64,000 nt of DNA from Candidatus Zixiibacteriota bacterium (GTDB taxonomy: Bacteria > RBG-13-66-14 > B26-G2 > WVWN01). The stretch spans positions 145,095 to 209,094 of the forward strand of contig JASFLY010000003.1 of NCBI GenBank assembly GCA_050117845.1, written 5' to 3'. The notes beneath the pieces are model-generated. The model made no database searches, was not told where the DNA came from, and was given only the letters and a program-made list of their open reading frames with translations. Shown piece by piece: positions 1-8,000 of the stretch; the stretch's first letter is position 1; every line of letters begins with the position of its first letter. A program made the translations under genes and the position numbers.

Positions 1-2812
1 AAATCGACGCCAGGAGTTCCGGATTGTCGATAAGTTTGCACTCCGCCTCGGCGGCCTCGAATTCCCGGGCGGCCCGTTTCACGTATCCCTGGTTGTGATA
101 TATCCGGGCCAGCCGGATGAGGGACGCGACCAGGGCGTAGCGGTCGTGGGCCCTCTTGGCCAGCTCGATGCTGCGCCGGGTCGCGTCTTCGGCCCGTTCC
201 ACGTCCGCCCTCCACAGCAGAACCTCGCCGGTCAGATTCAACGCGATGGAAGCCAGCCGGGGCTTGCCGGCCTCCTCGGCCAGTCGGGCCGTTTCGGCGA
301 ACGCGGCCAACGCGGCGTCGGCGTCGCCGGCGTAATAGGATATCGCGCCCTTGACGTAATTCACGTACGCCACGAGGTCGGGACGGTCCACCGCCGCGGC
401 CAATGCCTCCGCGTCTCGCGCCAGCGTTATCGCCCGGTCGAAATCCCGGTTGCGGAAGTAGGTCCAGGCCAGCAAGGCCTGTCGCAGAAACCTATCCCCC
501 GCTTCCAACTCGTCGGGCGGGAGACCGTCCAGGTCCCGGGCCGGCGCTTCGAAGTCACCCAACACCAAACGTTCCCGCGAGAGTTGCAGCAGCGCTTTTC
601 CGTAGCCGACCTGGCCGGGCTTCCGGCACCGCACCAGGGCGTCGTAGTAGCCGAGGGCCGAGGCGTGGTCCCCCATGGCGGAATAAGCCTCCGCCAAATC
701 GGTGACCGCGTCCTCGTACGCCTCGCTGTACCAGTTGCCCTCGGTCGTCAGAGCCGCCTCCAGGAGTTCGACCGCGCGTTCGAAATCGTTCGTCCGGGCG
801 GCGGCCCGGCCCGCCTCGAGGAGAGGGCCCCGGGCCTTGCGGCTCGACCCCATGCGGAGGTAGGCCCGGCCCTTCGCCTCCAGCGAATCGACGTCGCGGA
901 CGCCGTTTCGGTCCAGGAAGGCCACGACGCCGGCCGAGGCTTCCTCCAGATACTCCTCCCGAGCCCACTCCAGAACGTACTCCCTCACGGCGGCGTTCGC
1001 GAAGGAATACCCGGCGTCAGGCGTCTCCTCCTTGCTAATGACGCCCGCCTCCACCAACCGGCCCAAGACGCCCCCGTCCTTAACCAACTCGCCCGGGAAA
1101 TAATAGCCGTACGCCGCGGCCAGCGCCAGCGATTCCTTCTCGTTCTCCCCCAGGCGCTCGATAACGCCGACCAGATAGTCGTCCGGCGCCGGGCAGACGG
1201 TCGCGGTTTTCAGGCTGCCGTAATCGACGTGCCACCCGTCCAATCGGCGTATAACCGTCTTCTCCGCGATAAGATGTTCTATAGTGCGGCGGAGGACGCC
1301 GGGGTTCCCTCGCGCCAGCCGCTTGACGTGGCGGGATAAAGCCGGGTCCACCTTGGGCACGCCGAGGGCGTATTCCAGATAACGCTCCGTCGTTTCTTCC
1401 GAGAAACCCTTTAATTCGAACTTCTTTACCGTTAACAACCCTTGCGGGCCGGCCAGGATTTTTTTCGTAAAGGCGCCGCCGGGCCGAGCGAGCGCGATTA
1501 CGAACTTCACCCGGCCCCGGAACGGATAGTTCACGAGGCGCGTTACCGATTTCGCCGTTCCTCCGTCCTCCGCGTCGACGTTGTCGAGAGCCAGGACGGT
1601 CACGTCGTACTTCCCCGACGAGTCGTTCAGACTGCGGAGGACGTCGGCCTCGCCGGCGACGTCGTACGCCGGGGCCCCCATCAGGGCGGCCTCCAGCGAG
1701 CGCGAAATGCCGGTACCGTCGTAAGCCTCCGGGAAAGCGGCGCGGACGCGGACACCGAGAACGCGACGCAACGCCCGTAATACGCCCTCGCCGGCGCCGC
1801 AGTCGACGTATAAAAAGGAACCCCGCTTTAACTGAGCGACCCGGCCTACTTCGCGCAAAAACGCCGTCTTCCCGACGCCCGCCGAACCCTCCACGATGAA
1901 GACCTCCGGCCCCTGATTATCGCCGGAAGGACGGAAAACGTCCGTCACCTCTTTCTCGTAACCGAAGAAACGGCCGGTCGCGAGGTCCGTTTCTATGCGC
2001 ATCGTTTCGGGAAGAGGGATATCCTGAGCCCGGGCGAGTTCGGCCAGTTTCGTTATGGCTTCGTACGCGGACGCGAACCGGTCCGCCGGATTGTGCTGGA
2101 CCAACCGCGACGCGAAAACGTCCAATTCCGGGTAAACGTCCGGGGCGACCTCGCGCAAGCGTACGTAGTCGTACCTCGGCTTACGTTTGACCCGGGATAT
2201 ATCGTCGCCGGGCATGAACGGCAAGCGGCTTGTGATAACCCGGAAGAACAGGATGCCGAACGAGTAAAGGTCGGACCGGGGATCGTCCATGACCCCCTGG
2301 AAGACCTCCGGCGCTATGTACTCCATGGTACCGGAGACGGGATAGCGGTCCTCACCCTCGACCTGGCGGACAAGGCCGAAATCCCCCAGGATGAAGCGGC
2401 GCCGATCTTCAGCTTTGGCCTCGAAAACGTTACCCGGTTTCACGTCGCCGTGGATTATGCCGCGCCGGTGGACGTAGTCGAGGGCGGACAATAGCTGCAG
2501 GGAGAAGTCGAAGAGGTATGGGAGGTTAATGTCCGGGCCGGCCTGGTCGAAGCGCCACCCGGCGTAATAATCCATCGTATAATAAATGAAATCCTGTTCT
2601 TCGCCGAAATCGTAAACGCGTACGATATTGGGATGGTCGAGGTACGTGAGGGTTTCGAACTCCCGTCTGAGAAGCTCGATGGGCCTTGCCCGGGATTTAT
2701 CGACGGTTTTAATGGCGACGACCTTTTCCCGGCTACGGTCGAAGGCTTTTACCACTTCCGACGTAGGAGTGCGGGCAATTTGTTCTATTATGTCGAACCT
2801 GTCGTCGAGCAT
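1..2812 (-). CDS. Ser/Thr protein kinase fused to a P-loop (AAA/STAND-like) ATPase and TPR-like repeats; 3' end lies outside the window
   Basis: My translation from ATG 2812 gives MLDDRFDIIEQIARTPTSEV..VVAIK..HPNIVRVYD..IIHGDVKPGN..LGDFGL..GTMEYIAPE..SDLYSFG, then Walker A GSAGVGKT (~1865-1890), Walker B VLALDNVD (~1575-1600) and Ala-rich helical repeats (YVKGAISYYAGDADAALAAF). The same frame still reads as protein at base 1 (..ECKLIDNPELLASI). Absent from the ORF track because it has no stop in the window. Confidence 0.9.
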   Translation of the reverse strand, partial: MLDDRFDIIEQIARTPTSEVVKAFDRSREKVVAIKTVDKSRARPIELLRREFETLTYLDHPNIVRVYDFGEEQDFIYYTMDYYAGWRFDQAGPDINLPYLFDFSLQLLSALDYVHRRGIIHGDVKPGNVFEAKAEDRRRFILGDFGLVRQVEGEDRYPVSGTMEYIAPEVFQGVMDDPRSDLYSFGILFFRVITSRLPFMPGDDISRVKRKPRYDYVRLREVAPDVYPELDVFASRLVQHNPADRFASAYEAITKLAELARAQDIPLPETMRIETDLATGRFFGYEKEVTDVFRPSGDNQGPEVFIVEGSAGVGKTAFLREVGRVAQLKRGSFLYVDCGAGEGVLRALRRVLGVRVRAAFPEAYDGTGISRSLEAALMGAPAYDVAGEADVLRSLNDSSGKYDVTVLALDNVDAEDGGTAKSVTRLVNYPFRGRVKFVIALARPGGAFTKKILAGPQGLLTVKKFELKGFSEETTERYLEYALGVPKVDPALSRHVKRLARGNPGVLRRTIEHLIAEKTVIRRLDGWHVDYGSLKTATVCPAPDDYLVGVIERLGENEKESLALAAAYGYYFPGELVKDGGVLGRLVEAGVISKEETPDAGYSFANAAVREYVLEWAREEYLEEASAGVVAFLDRNGVRDVDSLEAKGRAYLRMGSSRKARGPLLEAGRAAARTNDFERAVELLEAALTTEGNWYSEAYEDAVTDLAEAYSAMGDHASALGYYDALVRCRKPGQVGYGKALLQLSRERLVLGDFEAPARDLDGLPPDELEAGDRFLRQALLAWTYFRNRDFDRAITLARDAEALAAAVDRPDLVAYVNYVKGAISYYAGDADAALAAFAETARLAEEAGKPRLASIALNLTGEVLLWRADVERAEDATRRSIELAKRAHDRYALVASLIRLARIYHNQGYVKRAAREFEAAEAECKLIDNPELLASI

Positions 2813-2889
2813 GGATTCCCGGTATCACAGGGTTAAGTTAACTTCGCCTGGCGTTCGGGTTATCTTACGATATTATTTTCCACTTTAAT

Positions 2890-2917
2890 AATATATAATT
2901 TTACATAGCGCCGTCAA
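2890..2917 (-). promoter_or_regulatory. Putative sigma-70 promoter of the kinase gene
   Basis: Minus strand TTGACG-N16-TATATT in an AT-rich patch ~80 bp upstream of ATG 2812. Confidence 0.4.
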
Positions 2918-3489
2918 GGTTTTTACGCTCGTAAGCTTGGCAATAGAACGCTTTTATCTTCCGGCACTTACGACACGCGGCAGCGCCGCGGGCTCCCGAT
3001 CCCGGCCTAACTCGCCGGGGCCTTCGTGAGCCGCAACCGAGGCGTTCCCATCGAAAGCTCCTCTTAGTTCAAACCGTATCATCAATACTCCTACCCTAAT
3101 ATATACGCGAATTCGGACCATCCGTTGCCGGAGCGCCGGAACGGATATTACGTAATCCCCCGTTGCCTATTATAATCATTCCCGGCGTAGGCCGTAAGTG
3201 CTTAATTATCAATAGCATAGCTAGTATCGACGACAAGGGCTCCCGGGGCTAAAATGGCCGCCGCCGCGCCAAGGTGTCACTGGACTTAATAAAAAGGCCG
3301 AGAAGCGCCGCCGATCCGGAATCTACCCGCCGCAACGCTGAACCGCTCTAACCGGATTCGCGGCAATCGCCTTTTCCCAACAGACTGTAACCTTACTTTA
3401 TTGAAAATCGTCAAGTCATCGAACGCGGCGGCCTTCGTCGGAAATATAATGAAAACTGGTATAAGAACTGAGTATTTTTATAACGGCCC

Positions 3490-3508
3490 TATGTCATAAA
3501 TTGACATA
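3490..3508. promoter_or_regulatory. Inverted repeat TATGTCA-N5-TGACATA, candidate operator of the WYL regulator
   Basis: Perfect 7-bp arms overlapping a TTGACA hexamer (3501-3506), ~180 bp upstream of the WYL gene. Confidence 0.5.
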
Positions 3509-3556
3509 CTAGTAATATAATTATTGTACGAGAATTGGACGAGCCATAACTCTTTA

Positions 3557-3565
3557 TGCTATAAT
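3557..3565 (+). promoter_or_regulatory. Extended -10 promoter element upstream of the WYL gene
   Basis: TGcTATAAT at 3557-3565, with TTGGAC at 3535-3540. Confidence 0.45.
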
Positions 3566-3690
3566 AAATAATGGACAATTAAGTCGGCGAGGTATGACAA
3601 GATAAAACTTAGGTTAATCCTTTTTTGTAATGATGGGTTATACCCATAGGGAGGCTTGGTCTAACCGACTAAGTTAAAAGGACGGTATCT

Positions 3691-4683
3691 ATGTCCGTAA
3701 AGCGTGCGGAACGGCTCTTTCATATGATAAGTATATTAAGGACGGGACGGGGATATACCGGGGCCGAGTTGGCCGACGTCATGGGCGTTTCCCAACGGAC
3801 GGTTTACCGAGACGTCGTCGACCTGTCGGGACTGGTGCCCATATATTACGACGACGGGTACCGGCTCCTGTCCGATACTTTCCTGGCCAACCTCACTTTC
3901 ACGCGCGAAGAATTGGTGGCCCTCAAGCTGGGCGTACAGATGCAGGCGCTGGCCGAAGCCTCTCACCTCGGCGCCGCGACCCAATCCGTCCTCGCGAAAA
4001 TCGACGAACAGCTGGAACGCCGGTTCCAGGGCGAGGCGGACGACGGCGACGTAATATCGGTCCACGTGAAGGCTCACCCGATGGGAGAGAAGACGGTGCG
4101 GGTCCTACGAGACCTGGAGGACGCGGTACGGCGCCGCCTGACCGTCGAATTCTCCTATTACACGCTCAGCCGAAACGAGAAGACCAAACGGACGGTCGAC
4201 CCGTACGGCCTGACGTTCCGACGCCATAGCTGGTACCTGGTGGGCTATTGCCACCTTCGCCACCAGGCGCGCGTATTCCGTCTCGATCGGATCTCCTCCG
4301 TTGCGGCCACGTCACACAAATTCGAACGGCCCAAGGACTTTTCGCTGGAAGAGTTCTTCGCCGATACCTGGGAGGTATTCGCCTCCGGCCCTCTGGCCGA
4401 CGTCGCGTTGCGCTTTTCCCGGCACGCGGAATTCATCGCCCGGCCCACGCTGGGAGGCCGCGGCGAGTTCAACCTTGAACGAAAAAGCAATAAAATAGTA
4501 TTTCGCGGAGAAGTCCCTGTAACGGACGAATTCGTACGTTGGCTTCTGACGCTTGGAGAGAACGTCGAGGTCCTCGAGCCGGCCGAACTCCGCGACAGGG
4601 TAGCTTCCCGCCATCGCTCCGCAGCCGAACTCTACGAGCCTATCGTCGCGGAGGCGGGTTCGCGAGGGATAAACACCGGGTAG
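3691..4683 (+). CDS. HTH-WYL-WCX transcriptional regulator (YafY/PafC/DriD-like)
   Basis: N-terminal wHTH (ELADVMGVSQRTVYRDV), WYL core (FSYY..RTVDPYGL..SWYLVGYCHLRHQARVFRLDRI) and WCX tail (WLLTLGENVEVLEPAELR); AAAGGA RBS. Confidence 0.95.
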   Translation: MSVKRAERLFHMISILRTGRGYTGAELADVMGVSQRTVYRDVVDLSGLVPIYYDDGYRLLSDTFLANLTFTREELVALKLGVQMQALAEASHLGAATQSVLAKIDEQLERRFQGEADDGDVISVHVKAHPMGEKTVRVLRDLEDAVRRRLTVEFSYYTLSRNEKTKRTVDPYGLTFRRHSWYLVGYCHLRHQARVFRLDRISSVAATSHKFERPKDFSLEEFFADTWEVFASGPLADVALRFSRHAEFIARPTLGGRGEFNLERKSNKIVFRGEVPVTDEFVRWLLTLGENVEVLEPAELRDRVASRHRSAAELYEPIVAEAGSRGINTG

Positions 4684-4693
4684 GAGGCCGCTT

Positions 4694-4718
4694 CCCCGTC
4701 CCCGGGACGGGGCTGTTT
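4694..4718 (+). terminator. Hairpin just after the WYL stop (weak terminator or processing stem)
   Basis: CCCCGTCC-ccg-GGACGGGG followed by CTGTTT. Confidence 0.35.
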
Positions 4719-4719
4719 A

Positions 4720-5070
4720 AGCAGGCGCGCCGCACTTTTCGGGGGATTATCGTCCGAATGCTCGAGCGACACGGGTACGTCGTAAAAAATAAGGCGGGCA
4801 ACGAGCGCGCCTCGTTTTACGTTATCGATATTGTCCGTTTCCCTTCCGTTTTCCAAACCCTTACTAACGTCAAAGGCTTGTCCGAAGCCGTTACCAGGGC
4901 CGCCCCGTCGGCGTTCCACCGTACGACCGGGCGGACCGTATTGTAGCGCCGTTCCCCGAAAGCGGAACGGGCCGGCGAATAGGGCGGACGTAAGTCGCGC
5001 CCGACAATTTAAGATAGAAATTTGACAAGCGTAATGGGGGCCCGGGGATTACGGTCCGGGCTTTTTCCCG
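4720..5070 (+). ncRNA. Candidate structured RNA or long leader upstream of the RT gene
   Basis: Gap with no convincing CDS and several hairpins, including two adjacent GNRA-capped stems (4949-4970 GAAA; 4982-5002 GUAA); position is typical of RT-associated ncRNAs. Confidence 0.35.
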
Positions 5071-5084
5071 AGGAGGTCCCGGGA

Positions 5085-8000
5085 ATGGACTTTTGTTCGG
5101 CGGACGACCTGGCGGCGGCGTGGCCCTACGCCCGTCGGGATGCCGCGGACAATTTCGTCTTCGACGTTATCGATTATGAAGACGTCAAACATAACCTGCC
5201 GCATATAATCCGGCGGCTCGAGCGCGAACTCCGGACGGACCAGTATAAACCGGCCCCCCTTCTGTCCGTCGATATACCGAAAAGGCCCTACACCATCCGC
5301 CCGGGCGCAGTCGTCTCTTTAATCGATTTAATCGTACTTTACGCCCTGGTCAGGAAAATAGCGCCGGCCCTCGACGCGAAATTATCGCCCGGCGTATTCT
5401 CCTACCGTTGGGTCCCCGAGGGAAAAAAGCCCAAGTGGTCCATCTTCTCGGAATCGACCCAGGACGAATGCGGCATCGACGAAATCCTCCCCGCCGCGCC
5501 GTTCGCTCCGTACCCTCCTTTCGACGAGGCCGCGCCGGCGGGATGGTTCCGGGGGTGGATAGAATATCACGAGCGCGCGAAAGATTCCGCCGCCCGCTAT
5601 AATTATTGCGCCGTCGGCGACGTTACAGCCTATTTCGAAAACGTCGCCGTGACGTCGCTCTTCAACCGTATAGGGGACCTCCTCGGCCCGGAGCACTCGG
5701 AAGCCCTCACCCGCCTCCGCCGCTTCTACGAGTATTGGGCCTGGCATCCAGCCGGTACGACCACGCGCGGCGAAGTCCTCCCCCAGGGCAACGATATATC
5801 GCTCTTCCTCTCGAATTTCTATCTGACGAAACTCGACGAGGCCATGGCGGCCGAAGTCCAGAACGACCCCCGCCGGTACTTTCGCTACGTCGACGACATC
5901 TGCGTCTTCACCGATACCCAGGAGCAGGCCCACCACTCCCTCCTCACCGGCGACCGGGTGCTGCGCGATCTGGGGCTGAACCTTAATACGGAGAAGACCG
6001 GGATCGTTCCCACATCCCGCCTCTTCGACCGGGACGTGGAGCGCTGGCTCGAGGACATGTCGCCCGTTACGGCCAACGCCGCCGAGAACGCCCGTGACTT
6101 CTTTAAGAACCGCTTCGACGCCGACGACGTCGAGAAGTGGGAACGCGCTTACCTGCGGGCCTTAACGACTCTCCAAAGAGCCGGCGACTGTTCGGTCGCC
6201 CCCGCCGCCCTTCAGGTTTTCCTGGAGAACCCCACGTACAAACTGCTGGTTAAAAATTTCGATTACCTTAGCTTCTTCGCGGAGCGTTTCCGATTCGGCG
6301 ACGACGTCGCCCGCCGGATCACCGAGGGAACGTTCAACTTTCCATTCCACAAACACTACCTTTACCGCCTGGCTGCTTACTGCCGGCAGAACTCCCCTTC
6401 TCTCCGCGAGCAAGCTCTGGAAGAAGCCCGCGGCGACGCCGAATGGTACGTCCGAATCGCCGCGTTATACTGCCTGAACACGTTCAACCTTTCGCCCGAC
6501 GAACTCGACGCCGTCGAGGAACTGGCGGGCAGCGAGGCCCACCCGCAAGTGGCCCGCGCCGCGCTCGTCGTTTTGCGACAACGGCCGGCCGACGAGGTCG
6601 CCTCGGCCGAGGATCATTTCCTCTTTACCACCGCGCCCGGCCAGGAGAACCTACGCGAATATTTCTTCCGCCTCACGACCGAAGAGGAATTGGCGCGTGC
6701 CGTCCTCGAGCGGATCCGGAACCAGGAGGTGGCCTCGCGCGCTTTCCTGAACCGCCTCCACCAACTGGACCTCCTCAAGGGCAATCCCGCCGTCCGCGAG
6801 GAATACGGCCGGATCCTCGAACAAAAGATAGACGAATGCGACCCGGCCTGGACCCGCCTCTATAGCCGCCTCCGGCGCATCGCCGAACTGGCGTCGGTAA
6901 GTGCGTTGCGCGTTCGAAAAGCGCGCAAAATCGCCCGGGCGCAAGGCCACCTTCAAACCCTGCTGCGAAGCTCGCGCGAGGCCGTCCTTATAACCGGCCC
7001 GGGAGGAGACGTCCAGGTCTGGAACGACGCCGTGAACAAACTCCTCGGTTACGGCCGCCGCGAGGTCCGCGGGAAAGACGTGACCGACATCTTGCCTTCC
7101 CCCGGCGGCTTCGCGTCCGCGGACGAACTCACGGCATACGTCGCCGAGAACGGCGGATGGCTCGTCGAGGAGGCAACCCTTTACGAGCGGCCGGACGGCG
7201 CGCTGATTGACATTTCCACCACCTATTCCGTTATCACGGATCCCATTACGGGCGAGCCGGTCGGCCTCCTTATCCTTGTACGCGACGCGACCGCCGAAGT
7301 ACGGGCCGCCCGCATCGAACAGGTACAAATCGCCACCGAACAAACCCTGGCCGACGCCACGGTCCGGCTTGTCTCGCCGGAAGACCTGGACGCCGCCATT
7401 GAGCACACCCTGCGAGAGACGGCGGACGTGCTGAACGCGCAACGGGCCACCGTTTTCCGTTTCAGGGAAGGAACACTCGTCCTCGATGTAACCCACGAAT
7501 GGTGCGCGCCCGGCGTCCCTTCGACCCGCGACTCCGGAGGAAAACTGGACCTCGGCGAACTCCCGGACGTCCGCGAGCGCTTGCATTCCGAGCGCGTCCT
7601 TTCGATATCGAACCTCTCCACTCCCAGCGCCGGGAGTCAACGGGTGATGAAGGAACGGGGTGTCAAAGCGGCCCTCGTCGTCCCGTTCTATATTTCCGAC
7701 GAGATGACCGGCCTAATAGCGTGCACCGATACGACCCGGCCTCGCGACTGGGCGTACGGCGAGGCCAATCTCCTCTTCGCCGTAACGGCGCTTATCTCGA
7801 AAGCTCTGGCGCGCCGGGAAGCGGAGGAGGAAAAGCTGGTGAGCGAGGTCCGCTACCGGGCCGTCGTCGAAGACCAAACGGAGCTGATATGCAGATGGCG
7901 GCCCGACGGGACCCTTACCTTCGTTAACGAGGCTTACGGCCGGTATTTCGGGAAATCGCCCGGCGAACTGGTGGGCCGGAGTTTCATCCATTTTATCTCG

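Noticed and set aside
95..2888. Plus-strand ORFs 95-1339, 1442-1780, 2093-2494 and 2628-2888
   Set aside because: Antisense shadows of the minus-strand kinase gene, which has clear motifs
2937..2952. Sigma-54-like TTGGCAATAGAACGCT
   Set aside because: GG-to-GC spacing is 9 rather than the required 10
4539..5025. Short ORFs 4539-4946, 4632-4919 and 4831-5025 between WYL and RT
   Set aside because: No clear RBS or motifs, atypical composition, and two overlap the WYL gene; a small accessory peptide cannot be fully excluded
5022..5084. TTG start at 5022 for the RT protein
   Set aside because: A strong AGGAGG lies 8 nt before ATG 5085, which is the better start
5085..6030. Calling the RT a group II intron, retron, DGR or CRISPR-associated RT
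   Set aside because: No maturase/HNH domain or intron domain V seen, no retron NAxxH/VTG motifs, no DGR-type SQ motif or TR/VR repeat pair noticed, and no cas genes; formal class needs a phylogeny
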